Source: Acidobacteriota bacterium (GTDB lineage: Bacteria > Acidobacteriota > UBA6911 > JACQSX01). From it: a DNA stretch of 57,538 nt. A program made the position numbers and the translations under genes. Shown here piece by piece: positions 20,537-30,422 of the stretch. The stretch is from positions 1-57,538 of the forward strand of contig DASXQR010000124.1 of the NCBI GenBank assembly GCA_036507075.1. The letters are read 5' to 3'. How positions within the stretch are numbered: the stretch's first letter is position 1; every line of letters begins with the position of its first letter. The notes under the pieces are model-generated. The model was not told the DNA's origin. It searched no databases and was given only the letters and a program-made list of their open reading frames with translations.

Positions 20537-21385
20537 TCAGCCGCGCAGGCCGGCCAGCACTCCCCGCATATAGGCAAAGGATTGCTTCATCCCGGGCAGG
20601 GGGTCGTCGGCGTCAATCTCGTATTCGAGATTCACGAAACCCGCATAGCTCATCTTCTTGAGCTGCTTGAAAATGCCAACTATAGGCATGGCTCCTTCAC
20701 CGACAATGCATTGGCTTTCTTTCGCGGATAAAGAGCGGAGATCCTTAATGTGCATGTCCAAAAGGCGGCTGCCGGCTTCGGAGATTGATTGCACCACGTC
20801 CGCGCCGGTTCTGGCCGTGTGGCCGACGTCAATGCATAATCCTACGCGCGGATCCATTCCTTTGACGGCCTTGAGCACATCCTGGGGAGCGGGGAAATGC
20901 TTGTCCTCCGGGCCGTGATTGTGGACGGCCACTTTGATGTTGTATTGCCTTACGAATCGTTCAATCCTCGGAAGAGTCTGAGCGGTGGGCGCAATTACCA
21001 TCAACGGCATGCCGCACATTTTGGCGTAGTCAAAGTACTTGCGCACGTCTTCATCATCATCCTTCTGCAGAGAGACGGTTCCTCCACCTACGATTTTAAG
21101 GCCCGCGTCTTGAAATTCCTTCCGGGCGGCCGCTATTTCCTCGGGAGTGCTTTTGTAAGGTATGTGAAACTCCTTGATATTCACGTAAGGGGTTCTCAGC
21201 TCTTTAATGGCTGCAATCGCTTTGTCGCGCGGCAACTTACGCAGTGAGTAGCTGGCCACTCCCAGCCGGACGTCCGCGCCGGCCAAGTCAGCGGTTCCAG
21301 CAAAAGTGAGTTGCACGTTTGACAGGGCCGCCAGCCCGGCCGTGCCTGCCAGAAAGCTCCGCCTGTTGATTCGAGACCGTCCCAT
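20537..21385 (-). CDS. Sugar phosphate isomerase/epimerase (xylose isomerase-like TIM barrel) with Tat signal
   Basis: NRRSFL twin-arginine; VASYSLR, VHNHGP, CIDVGH, MHIKD, LEYE; GGGAGG RBS before ATG 21385. Confidence 0.88.
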   Translation of the reverse strand: MGRSRINRRSFLAGTAGLAALSNVQLTFAGTADLAGADVRLGVASYSLRKLPRDKAIAAIKELRTPYVNIKEFHIPYKSTPEEIAAARKEFQDAGLKIVGGGTVSLQKDDDEDVRKYFDYAKMCGMPLMVIAPTAQTLPRIERFVRQYNIKVAVHNHGPEDKHFPAPQDVLKAVKGMDPRVGLCIDVGHTARTGADVVQSISEAGSRLLDMHIKDLRSLSAKESQCIVGEGAMPIVGIFKQLKKMSYAGFVNLEYEIDADDPLPGMKQSFAYMRGVLAGLRG

Positions 21386-21445
21386 AGCTTCCTCCCTGTT
21401 ACAAGTGCGAAAATGTGAGAATACCACAGGTTCCTAACGTTCGAG

Positions 21446-21496
21446 AGCTTGGCCCTTGGTGGTAAGAAAAAATTTGAACCACCAAGGCACCAAGCT
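21446..21496. repeat. Inverted repeat of the CTTGGTGCCTTGGTGGTT family
   Basis: AGCTTGGCCCTTGGTGGT...AACCACCAAGGCACCAAGCT in a divergent intergenic region. Confidence 0.8.
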
Positions 21497-21590
21497 AGTT
21501 TTCCGCTGCGGGTTTTTTTTGCTCTTGGCGGTAATTTTTTCGCAAATTTCAGGGCTGCTCTGTTATGTATGAACGAGGCCCGCTCCCGCC

Positions 21591-24383
21591 ATGAGAGATG
21601 AGTGGTTTCAGGTTCTGAAAGAGAGGTTTCACTTCTCCGACTTCCGGGAAGGTCAGGAGGAAATCATTAGTGCTCTTCTGGGCGGGCGCGACGTAGTGGG
21701 CGTCATGCCCACCGGAAGCGGCAAATCTCTCTGCTATCAGTTGCCCGCTCTTCTCCTGGACGGCATCGCTCTGGTCATTTCCCCCTTGATTGCTCTGATG
21801 AAGGATCAGGTGGACAACCTTACGCGCAATGGCATCCCGGCCAGCTTCATAAACAGCGCCCTGGACCAGGCCGAGCAGCGTTCACGGCTGCACCAGTTGC
21901 GCAGCGGCCGCTTTAAGCTGTTGTATGTGGCGCCGGAACGATTCCGCAGCGAAGGTTTTATGGAAACGCTCCGGTCCTGCAATGTGCGCCTGGTGGCAGT
22001 AGACGAGGCACACTGTATCTCGGAATGGGGGCACGACTTTCGACCCGACTATCTGCGAATCAAATCGGTTATCGCCGGTCTGGGACACCCGCCGGTCGTG
22101 GCGCTCACTGCGACGGCCACACCCGAAGTACGCGGCGACATTGTCGAGCAACTGGCGCTCAAAAAGCCTCTCACTCTCGTTACCGGCTTTGACAGGCCGA
22201 ATCTGAGGCTGGCAGTTGAGCATTCCGACGGCGACATTGGAAAGGTCAAGGCGATCCTGAAGCTGCTTGGGATTGCGGGCACCGGATCGCGCGACGCCTC
22301 TCTTTCCGGAAGAGTGTCTGCCGGAATCATCTACGCTGCGACTCGCAAGAATGTGGAAAACATCGCCGCCCAGCTCAACGGTGCCGGAATCGAAGTGGGC
22401 GTCTACCATGCCGGAATGCAGCCGGAAGCGCGCCGCAGGGTGCAGGATCGCTTCATGCAGGGAGAGCTTCCGATAGTGGCGGCGACCAACGCCTTTGGAA
22501 TGGGCATCGACAAGGCGGATCTGCGCTTCATCGCGCACTATGACGTCCCCGGCTCGCTGGAGGCTTACTATCAGGAGATCGGAAGAGCCGGGCGCGACGG
22601 GCAGCCTGCAACATGCCTTTTGCTATTCAATTATTCCGATGTATTCACTCAAGAGTTTTTCATCGATTCGAGCGCGCCTCCCAGAGAGTTGGTTCAGGAA
22701 GTCTATGCCGCGCTGTGCAGCTTCGGCACAGACGAGGTGCAGGTCACTATCAAGTCCCTGGCCGCATCAGTTCCCACCAGGACCAGTGAGATGGCAGTCT
22801 CTGCCTGCCTGAAGATCCTCGAGAAGGCAGGCCACATTGAGCGTGGCATCGAAGGCGGCCATGCCAGGATAAGGCTTCTGGAACAATCGAAAGCGATCGA
22901 CGAAGATGATGAACCCCCCCATGCAAAAGAAGTTCTCGCCTACTGCGCCGAAGCGCTGACCGGCAAGCCCGGCGAGAGCATGTCGGTTGCGCTGCAGGAC
23001 ATGGCGGAGGCCCTTCAGATGAAGATGGAACGGTTAAGCCGCACGCTTTCAGCGATGCAAAGAGAAGGCTTGATCGACTTTAAACCTCCGTTTCGCGGCC
23101 GGGGCGTCAGAATTCTCGAGCGCGTGCCGGTTTCCAGGATCAACGTGAATTTCGCGGCGATCCAGCGGCGTCGCGAGTTTGAAGAACGCAAGCTGCGGCG
23201 CATGATCGAGTATGCATACAGCCGTCAATGTTTGAGGAAATTCATTCTCGAATACTTCGGAGATCGGGCGGGTCACAATTTCTGCCACAACTGCAGTCTC
23301 TGCGAAAGTGCAGGCGAGAAGGCGAGCCCGCGTGTTCTCACCGAACAGGAAATGACCGTCGTGCTAAAGGTATTGAGCTGCGTGGCGCGCATGAAGGGTC
23401 GCTACGGCAAGATGCGGGTGATCCAGGTGCTGACCGGCTCTCGTGACAAAGCCATCGAGTACCTGAAGCTGGATCGACTTTCCACGTTTGGAATCCTGCG
23501 CGAGCTTAAACAGACGGAACTGCGCGAGATCATCGACGCACTGGTTGAATTTCGACTGCTGGAAATCGAAGGTCTCGAATATCCGCTGCTCAAGCTCTCC
23601 AGTCTGGGAAGCGACTGCATGCTCGATCGGGTCAGGCCGGAAATGATTTTCCCGCTGGATCTGGAGTCCAGGGCGGCGGCAGAGGTCGCAAGGAACGAAC
23701 GCAAAGGCGCTCGAAATGCCGCCTCCGAGAAGCAGTCCTATGCCCGCAACGCCCCATACCATGCCGGTCTATTTGAGGACTTGAGGCGATTGCGGCGCAG
23801 CGTCGCATCGGAGGCGCAGTTGCCCCCCTATATCATCTTCCATGATGAGACGCTCAAAGAGATCAGCCGGCGTCTTCCCGGAACGCTTCAGGAACTTTCG
23901 CGGATCTCGGGCATCGGCGGAAAGAAGATCGAACTGTACGGTGGTCAGGTCATCGCCGCAGTGCAGCAATTTCTGCAAGCGAACCCGCAGGCCACTCCGG
24001 TGCTGCAATACGGGGGCACAGAGATCTCAGTGATCGCGGACCGGAAGGGAGCTTCGACAGCGGAACTCACGTGGACTCTGTGGCAGGATGGCAAAACCAT
24101 CGGGGATATTGCGACGGCGCGAGGTTTGTCCTGTTCAACAATCACGGGGCATCTCGTGGAACTGATCCAGCAGGGACGAAACATCGATCTGGACAGGATT
24201 TTGACTGCCGAACGCCGGGCAGTGATTCTTCGGGCAGCCGCACAGGCAGGCGGAGACCGTCTCACGCCGATCAAAGCGCTGCTTCCTCCAGACGTGAGCT
24301 TTGATGAAATCAGACTCGTGCTGGCGCAGCAGCAGGCGAAGACCGGCGGGGAATGCAGCGCTTCTCCGCCGGCCTCTGTGTAA
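21591..24383 (+). CDS. recQ: RecQ-family ATP-dependent DNA helicase with RQC, HRDC and C-terminal HTH domains
   Basis: MPTGSGKSLCYQLP, VDEAHCISEWGHDFRP, TATAT, YHAG, ATNAFGMGIDK, QEIGRAGRDG, CLRKFILEYFG..CHNCSLC, PPYIIFHDETL (HRDC). Confidence 0.92.
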   Translation: MRDEWFQVLKERFHFSDFREGQEEIISALLGGRDVVGVMPTGSGKSLCYQLPALLLDGIALVISPLIALMKDQVDNLTRNGIPASFINSALDQAEQRSRLHQLRSGRFKLLYVAPERFRSEGFMETLRSCNVRLVAVDEAHCISEWGHDFRPDYLRIKSVIAGLGHPPVVALTATATPEVRGDIVEQLALKKPLTLVTGFDRPNLRLAVEHSDGDIGKVKAILKLLGIAGTGSRDASLSGRVSAGIIYAATRKNVENIAAQLNGAGIEVGVYHAGMQPEARRRVQDRFMQGELPIVAATNAFGMGIDKADLRFIAHYDVPGSLEAYYQEIGRAGRDGQPATCLLLFNYSDVFTQEFFIDSSAPPRELVQEVYAALCSFGTDEVQVTIKSLAASVPTRTSEMAVSACLKILEKAGHIERGIEGGHARIRLLEQSKAIDEDDEPPHAKEVLAYCAEALTGKPGESMSVALQDMAEALQMKMERLSRTLSAMQREGLIDFKPPFRGRGVRILERVPVSRINVNFAAIQRRREFEERKLRRMIEYAYSRQCLRKFILEYFGDRAGHNFCHNCSLCESAGEKASPRVLTEQEMTVVLKVLSCVARMKGRYGKMRVIQVLTGSRDKAIEYLKLDRLSTFGILRELKQTELREIIDALVEFRLLEIEGLEYPLLKLSSLGSDCMLDRVRPEMIFPLDLESRAAAEVARNERKGARNAASEKQSYARNAPYHAGLFEDLRRLRRSVASEAQLPPYIIFHDETLKEISRRLPGTLQELSRISGIGGKKIELYGGQVIAAVQQFLQANPQATPVLQYGGTEISVIADRKGASTAELTWTLWQDGKTIGDIATARGLSCSTITGHLVELIQQGRNIDLDRILTAERRAVILRAAAQAGGDRLTPIKALLPPDVSFDEIRLVLAQQQAKTGGECSASPPASV

Positions 24384-24435
24384 CAAGTTGGCAACTTCTC
24401 GTTTTTTCGACAAGATTCCAGAAGACAAGATCGAT

Positions 24436-24652
24436 CACGTCAACGTTTAGGGTCTACGTCCAGGTGCACGTCAATGTCCACCAGATACGTCCAAATACTG
24501 CTTGAAGGATTCAGAGCTTGAACATCTTGGTCAACGGCAGGCAGATTCGTGACTTTTTTTCGTGAGCCTGGACGTAGTCGTTGACGTCTATCGTTGACGT
24601 GCACGTGCACGTGGTCGTCCTCGGCTTTTTTGTTGCGGCCTGCGGCCTGCTG
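24436..24652. repeat. Inverted hexamer (CACGTC/GACGTG) element with signature arm
   Basis: CACGTCAACGT..CTACGTCCAGGTGCACGTC then GACGTAGTCGTTGACGT..GACGTGCACGTGCACGTGGTCGT and CGGCTTTTTTGTTGCGGCCTGCGG. Confidence 0.8.
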
Positions 24653-24658
24653 TGTCGA

Positions 24659-26011
24659 TCAGAAATAAATCGTGAACTGGGTCGGCCCCCCGGGCTTTCC
24701 CTCCAGCGCGAATTCAAAATCGTGGCGCGTCAGAATCTCCTGGATGACCGTCAGGCCGATCCCCTGGCCGTTCTCCTTGGTGGTAAAGAACGGGCTGAAC
24801 AGGTTCGCCTTGACTTCGGGAGAGATGCCGCAACCCGTATCCTCGATTACCACTGATCCCCTGGGGCCCTTCTTCTCGGTACGGACATTGATCGTGCCTT
24901 CCGCGTCGATCGCTTCCATCGCGTTCTTCAAAATGTTGATGAATACCTGCTCCATTTGATGCCGATCCATGGACACGGGCGGAAGCTGCTGCTGCAGATC
25001 GATCCTTAGCCGGATGTCCCGCTTCTCCGTCTCGGCCTTCATCAGGTGACAGACATTTCCCACTACGTCGGCAATATTACAGGGCTCGCGCCGTGCCGCC
25101 TGGAGGCGGACCACATCGGCAAAGCCCTTCATAAATGAATTCAGGTGATCCGTCCTGGAGATAACCACATTTAACGCCGTCTCAAAGTCTGATCGGTCTT
25201 CCCTGGCCAGTTGCTCCCTGTAATTGAGACAGGACTGGAGCAGCGAGTTCACCGCCGCCACCGAGTTGTTTACTTCATGAGACATCATCCGGATCAATTT
25301 TTCGTAGGCCGATTTCTCCGATTGGCGCAGTTCCTCTGTCAACTCGTCAATAATGATAAAGTCGCGGGAGAAGCCCTGATCCAGAAACTGCGATTTGTAG
25401 CATTTGAGTCGCCGTCTTCCCTGCAGCGGTATCACCTTCGACTCGCCGGAGTGGAGATGCTCCAGATCATCAGCCAGTGGCACGCCGATTTCAGACAGCT
25501 TCCTGCCGGCCATGTCCAGGCCCGCGAGCTGAAAGATCTTTTCGGCGCTCGGGTTGACCATTGCAACTCTCTGATCGAAGTCAAAGGTAATCACCGCCGA
25601 GGGTGAAGCCTTTAGAATCTTATCCAGAAAGTAATGCTGCTCCTGCTGTCGCACGCGCTCTTCCCTGAGGTTGTCCACCATTCGGTTATAAACACCGATC
25701 AACTGATCCATCTCAGGCTGGCCCACTTCCCGGATGCGCGAGGTGAAATCACTCTCCTGAATGAACTGAGTGCCTGTGCGAATCATGTCCAGCGGCACAA
25801 AAAAGCTTCTCACCAGTTTGACGCCAAGCAGGATCGACACGGCAAAGATCGCCTCTATGGCGAAGAGCCAGAGCTTGTTCTGCAGCAGCACGATGAAAGC
25901 GACAACTCCGAACAGAAGGTGGATCAGCAACAGATAAAGCAAAATCTTGCTGCGAAGGCTGGGGTGCAGGGTGCGCTGCCTGAATCTGCGCAGGGATATG
26001 AGGAAGTTCAT
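24659..26011 (-). CDS. Membrane sensor histidine kinase (HAMP-PAS, NtrY-like)
   Basis: Two N-terminal TMs, LIRMMSHEVNNS H-box, INILKNAMEA, DTGCGI, FFTTKENGQGIGL; start approximate. Confidence 0.9.
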   Translation of the reverse strand: MNFLISLRRFRQRTLHPSLRSKILLYLLLIHLLFGVVAFIVLLQNKLWLFAIEAIFAVSILLGVKLVRSFFVPLDMIRTGTQFIQESDFTSRIREVGQPEMDQLIGVYNRMVDNLREERVRQQEQHYFLDKILKASPSAVITFDFDQRVAMVNPSAEKIFQLAGLDMAGRKLSEIGVPLADDLEHLHSGESKVIPLQGRRRLKCYKSQFLDQGFSRDFIIIDELTEELRQSEKSAYEKLIRMMSHEVNNSVAAVNSLLQSCLNYREQLAREDRSDFETALNVVISRTDHLNSFMKGFADVVRLQAARREPCNIADVVGNVCHLMKAETEKRDIRLRIDLQQQLPPVSMDRHQMEQVFINILKNAMEAIDAEGTINVRTEKKGPRGSVVIEDTGCGISPEVKANLFSPFFTTKENGQGIGLTVIQEILTRHDFEFALEGKPGGPTQFTIYF

Positions 26012-26015
26012 AATT

Positions 26016-26171
26016 GACACGGATGGAACTAGCCGCTGATTTACACGAATCGCCACGGATAGAAGCAGGCCGCTGATTTACACGAATTAACACGGAATAG
26101 TATCGGCGTAATTTGCGTAAATCGGCGGCCTGTTTCTATCCGTGTCAATTCGCGTAAATCGGCGGCTGGTA
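26016..26171. repeat. Inverted repeat element with duplicated GCCGCTGATTTACACGAAT units
   Basis: Two direct copies (~26032, ~26069) followed by two inverted copies (GCGTAAATCGGCGGC); arms pair over most of the length. Confidence 0.85.
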
Positions 26172-26186
26172 TGCGCCACGATCTGG

Positions 26187-27617
26187 TCACGGTTTGACGC
26201 CATATTTTTCAAAGCGGCGGTAAAGCGCTCCGCGGCTCAATCCCAGGGAATCGGCCACCTTGCTCACGTTGCCCTTGTGGTATTGCAGGCATTTAAGGAT
26301 CATTGCCTTTTCAATTTCATCCATCGTCATACTTCCAACGTTGGGAAGCGGGTCGCGTCGAACCTCTTTCGGCTCCATTCCCTCCGCCAGACCGAAACCT
26401 TCAATTTCAAGCGTCTCCCGGGTGGTTACAAGCACCGCTCTTTCGATGAGCTGGCGCAGTTGTCGGATGTTCCCCGGCCAGAGCTGGTTCTTGAGCCAGG
26501 CGAGCGCCGATTCGCTGATTGCCATCTTGTCCCTGCGGTAAATCTGCGCCATGGTCTGCAGAAACTGCGCGGCCAGCAGCGGGACGTCTTCGCGCCTTTC
26601 GCGCAGCGGCGGCAGATGCACCGAGATCAGGTTCAAGCGGTAGAGCAAGTCCTCCCGGAAACTCCCCTTGTCCACCAATTCGGCAAGATTGCGGTTGGTC
26701 GCCGAAATCACGCGGATATCCAGAGTGCGTGTCGCACTGGACCCAAGCACCTCGTACCTGCGGTCCTGCAGCACCCTGAGCATTTTCACCTGTGAACTGA
26801 GGTCCAGTTCACCGATTTCATCCAGGAAGACTGAGCCGCCGTTTGCCAGTTCGAATCGGCCCTTGCGGTCGCTCCGCGCATCTGTGAAAGCGCCCTTCAC
26901 ATGACCGAACATCTCGCTTTCAAACAAAGAAGAAGGGATTCCGCCCAGATTGACCTTTACAAACGGGCCGCCGCATCGCCGGCTGTTGCGGTGAAGCGCC
27001 TCGGCGATGAGCTCTTTTCCTGTTCCGCTCTCGCCGGTAATCAAAACGGAAGCATCGGTGGCGCTGACGCGACCGATCACCTCGAGCACTTTGAGCAATT
27101 TCGGATCGCGCCCAATCAGGTTGCTGAAATCATATCTTTCGTCCAGGTCGTCGCGGCTCACTTTTGACTTGGAAGCATCGCGGCCTACCGCTGCAAGGCC
27201 CAGCACCGTCTCGATCGACTGCAGGAGCTGCTGATTACTCCAGGGCTTCGTGACAAAATCCGAAGCTCCCGCTTTCATCCCCTTGACCGCCAGCGAAATC
27301 GATCCCCAGGCGGTAATGAGAATAACAGGCACAGAAGGGCGGCGACGCCGGATGTCGTCAAGCAGCTCCAGGCCTTCTTCACCGGTGGTGCGGCGGGAAA
27401 AGTTCATGTCCTGCAGAACCAGCGCGATATTGGGCGTCTCAAGCCGCAGTAAAGCTTCGGCTGGGGTGGAGGCGGTCTGGGAGCGGTATCCCGTCTGTTT
27501 TAACAACAGGCCAAGCGAAGCAGTGATGGAAGGGTCGTCGTCGACGATCAGGATCATCTCGTTCCCTGTCTGGGGCCTTGAAGAAGAACGAGACTCGCTG
27601 CTGGTTTGTTCCATCAT
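26187..27617 (-). CDS. Sigma54-dependent response regulator (NtrC family)
   Basis: Receiver ILIVDDD..QDMNF, GESGTGKE, ESEMFGHVKGAFTDA, FLDEIGE, WPGNIRQL, C-terminal Fis HTH; start at 27617, 27614 or 27557. Confidence 0.93.
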   Translation of the reverse strand: MMEQTSSESRSSSRPQTGNEMILIVDDDPSITASLGLLLKQTGYRSQTASTPAEALLRLETPNIALVLQDMNFSRRTTGEEGLELLDDIRRRRPSVPVILITAWGSISLAVKGMKAGASDFVTKPWSNQQLLQSIETVLGLAAVGRDASKSKVSRDDLDERYDFSNLIGRDPKLLKVLEVIGRVSATDASVLITGESGTGKELIAEALHRNSRRCGGPFVKVNLGGIPSSLFESEMFGHVKGAFTDARSDRKGRFELANGGSVFLDEIGELDLSSQVKMLRVLQDRRYEVLGSSATRTLDIRVISATNRNLAELVDKGSFREDLLYRLNLISVHLPPLRERREDVPLLAAQFLQTMAQIYRRDKMAISESALAWLKNQLWPGNIRQLRQLIERAVLVTTRETLEIEGFGLAEGMEPKEVRRDPLPNVGSMTMDEIEKAMILKCLQYHKGNVSKVADSLGLSRGALYRRFEKYGVKP

Positions 27618-27678
27618 TGGATCGCGTATGAAGTTTTTCACCGCAAAGGTCGTAGGCCCCCAAAAACGGTGCGCAACG

Positions 27679-27826
27679 CGGGCACGCGAAGCACAGAGCC
27701 ACGTCCCCGCAAGGGCGTGGCGGAGATCATGCCGGTCACTTGTCCGTGGTCCGTGGTCCGTTAAACTGACCGGCGTTGTTCCCGCCACGCCCTTGCGGGG
27801 ACGTGGCTCTGTGCTTCGCGTGCCCG
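27679..27826. repeat. REP/REPIN-like perfect 45-bp inverted pair
   Basis: 27679-27723 is the exact reverse complement of 27782-27826; each arm contains GCCACGTCCCCGCAAGGGCGTGGC; the loop holds TCCGTGG heptamers. Confidence 0.92.
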
Positions 27827-27829
27827 GCT

Positions 27830-29059
27830 TCACTCGTAGTGCAGCGCCGCGGCAGGCTGTACTCTGGTGGCCAGCCAGCTCGGATAAAGGCCGCACAACA
27901 GAGTGAGCAAATAAATCAAGCCCGCTGACAGGGCCAGACTCGCAAAATAGACCTTGGAATCGATAAAACCGACCAGGTTGAGAAGAGGGAATTGTATGAT
28001 GACCACGACTCCGATTGCCAAACCAAGAGAAGTAATCACCAGCAATTCACCCAGGATTTGCCTGCGCACGTCGCTTGCTGTGGCGCCTTTTGCCCGCCGC
28101 AGCCCGATTTCCTTCGTCCTCTGCGTCACGTTCTGCCACAGCACACCGGTCAATCCCAAAGCCACCATCAGCATCAGAAAGGCTGCAATCAGACCCACGG
28201 CAATCACGGGAGCAAGCCGCAGCTTCAAAGATGATTCCCGTTTGTCGGCGAGCGGCTCGATTTCAAAGGACCAGTTGCGGGCCACTGCCTGTAGCTTGTT
28301 TATCAGTTTTTCTTCAAACGCACGCGTCGTACCCGGGTGCAGTCTTAACAGAAGGTTCCGGGGAGGTCGGTAACGTCGCACGTCAATCTTTGCGACATCA
28401 GCGCCGGCGGGAAGATCCAGGCTTTTGCGCACAAAACTGAAATTTTCCGGTGATGAGAATTCACCGTCCTGGCGATAGTCCGTGATCACGCCGACAACTT
28501 TCAGCGCCTCGGCCGGATTTGATGGCGTTCCGATGATCTTTCCCACGGAGTTATCCGTTCCAAAGAATTCGCGACTGAATTTCTGGTTGACCACTACGGT
28601 CTGCCAGTTGGCGCCATCGTCTTCTTTGCCAAACCAGCGCCCGTGAACTAATTGAAGATTCATCACATCTCTGAACGCATCACTGACCTCATTCACATCG
28701 CACCTGACCCGCTTGCCGCCGTTTTCATAGATAGTGGTGCTCCTGCCCATTCCATAGGGGATGGTGGTCGCTCCGGCCACACCTTCCACCTCATCGAAGC
28801 TTCGCGCAGCCAGTAGTAGCTGCTTCGTAGTCTCGACCTGTTCCGCTGTGAAGTAATCATCCGATCGTTGCTTAACGTCAATGGAAACGTGCCACACGTT
28901 CTGATACGAAAAGCCCAAAGGACGCCGATAATTCTCCCCGTAATAAATGCCCAGCGCAGCGACGACAAAGAGCACGAGAAAGGAAAAAAAGATCTCAATC
29001 ATGACCAGCAGGTTGGTTCTTCTTCTGTTCCAAACCAGCTTCAGCAAATGCTTGATCAT
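27830..29059 (-). CDS. ABC transporter permease (MacB/FtsX-like)
   Basis: MIKHLLKLVWNRRR start overlapping the upstream stop (ATGA); QRTKEIGLRRAKGA; YPSWLATRVQPAAALHYE. Confidence 0.92.
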   Translation of the reverse strand: MIKHLLKLVWNRRRTNLLVMIEIFFSFLVLFVVAALGIYYGENYRRPLGFSYQNVWHVSIDVKQRSDDYFTAEQVETTKQLLLAARSFDEVEGVAGATTIPYGMGRSTTIYENGGKRVRCDVNEVSDAFRDVMNLQLVHGRWFGKEDDGANWQTVVVNQKFSREFFGTDNSVGKIIGTPSNPAEALKVVGVITDYRQDGEFSSPENFSFVRKSLDLPAGADVAKIDVRRYRPPRNLLLRLHPGTTRAFEEKLINKLQAVARNWSFEIEPLADKRESSLKLRLAPVIAVGLIAAFLMLMVALGLTGVLWQNVTQRTKEIGLRRAKGATASDVRRQILGELLVITSLGLAIGVVVIIQFPLLNLVGFIDSKVYFASLALSAGLIYLLTLLCGLYPSWLATRVQPAAALHYE

Positions 29060-30300
29060 CGCGATGCTCCTTTCAACGCCTCGACGGGATTCAGTCGTGA
29101 CATCCTCCACGCCGGGTAGACCCCTGAGAACAGTCCGAAAAATACGGCCACCAGCACTCCGTACGCAAAGATTCGGTAATTGATGTGAAATTCGGCGTAT
29201 GGAATCAAGCCACTCTGACTGATTGCCTGCAGCACGCCGATGGCCAGCACAAAGCCAATGGCGGCTCCCAGCAGCGTCAACAGCACGTTTTCCACGATGA
29301 ACTGGCCAACCAGCGTCCATGAAGAAGCGCCGAACGCCTTCCGCACGCCGATTTCTGAAGCGCGCTCCATAATGCGGCTGATGTTTATGTTGATCAGGTT
29401 CACAGTCGGCAGCAGCATGAAAAGGATGGCGGCGATCAGGATGGATGCCAGCAGCCTGCCGGCATGACTTTCTTCGTCCCTTCGACCGCTGAAAAACATG
29501 CGTGATACGGCCTCGAAAAAAGTATCGGTCGAGGAAAAAACCTGACTGAACGTGGTCGGATCTGTCATTTCTACGTGTCCCATGCGGGAGCGAAACTCAT
29601 CTTTGATCATTTGAAAATCATTGCGACTGCGCGCGAGTACGATCGCCATAAAACCGCCTACCAGCTCCGAGCGATAGGAATCGGTCTTAGCGGTACTGAT
29701 CGGTACCCAGATATCCGAAAACGGCACAATACGAAAAATGGGAACATTGGACACGACTCCCACCACGCGGAATCTCTGGCCGTCGACTTCAATTGTCTTG
29801 CCGACAGCCTTGGCGTTCCCGAATAACCGCGTACGTGTCGCTTCGTTGATGACCGCCACGAAGTTGGCGTTCTTCTCATCTTCTACTGTAAAGGGGCCTC
29901 CCTCCAGGAATTGAAATTTCAGGATTTGCCAGTATTCGCCGTCTGTGCGTTTCAGGAAAGACTTGACCTTTTCTCCTTTTATGAACGAGTAGCCAAAACC
30001 CGGCTCAGAGAGGATCGAGTACTTTTCAACCCTGGGAAGGTTGCGGCCGTAGTGGTCAAGGAGTCTGTACCCTGCGTCGCCACTGCGACTCGCCCTCGGG
30101 CCCCACATGCTGGCAAAATAAATCCCGAGCGTTCGATCCAGGTTTACCTCCGGCGGCATGATGCCGAAGATGTGGTCAAAGAAAGCGGTGGCCACCATCA
30201 GAACCACCAGCGTAAAGCTGATGGCAAACAGGCTGATGAAGGTAAAGAATTTCCGCCTTAGAAATACTTTGATGGCGATCTTTAGATAATTTTTCAGCAT
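29056..30300 (-). CDS. ABC transporter permease (MacB/FtsX-like)
   Basis: MLKNYLKIAIK, ERASEIGVRKAFGA, YPAWRMSRLNPVEALKG; GGGAG RBS. Confidence 0.92.
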   Translation of the reverse strand: MLKNYLKIAIKVFLRRKFFTFISLFAISFTLVVLMVATAFFDHIFGIMPPEVNLDRTLGIYFASMWGPRASRSGDAGYRLLDHYGRNLPRVEKYSILSEPGFGYSFIKGEKVKSFLKRTDGEYWQILKFQFLEGGPFTVEDEKNANFVAVINEATRTRLFGNAKAVGKTIEVDGQRFRVVGVVSNVPIFRIVPFSDIWVPISTAKTDSYRSELVGGFMAIVLARSRNDFQMIKDEFRSRMGHVEMTDPTTFSQVFSSTDTFFEAVSRMFFSGRRDEESHAGRLLASILIAAILFMLLPTVNLININISRIMERASEIGVRKAFGASSWTLVGQFIVENVLLTLLGAAIGFVLAIGVLQAISQSGLIPYAEFHINYRIFAYGVLVAVFFGLFSGVYPAWRMSRLNPVEALKGASR

Positions 30301-30314
30301 GGAAACTCCCTCAG

Positions 30315-30422
30315 ATTGCGGAATTCGGAATGCGGAATGCGGAATTTCGTCCGTTGTTTGTTGTCAGTGGTCCGTTGTCAGAGCCATCCGCATTCCCCAT
30401 TCCGCATTCCCCATTCCCCATT
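30315..30422. repeat. Inverted heptamer array (GCGGAAT / ATTCCGC-ATTCCCC) with internal TCCGTTG/TCAGTGG heptamers
   Basis: Directly visible tandem 7-mers in opposite orientation inside the ABC operon. Confidence 0.9.
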
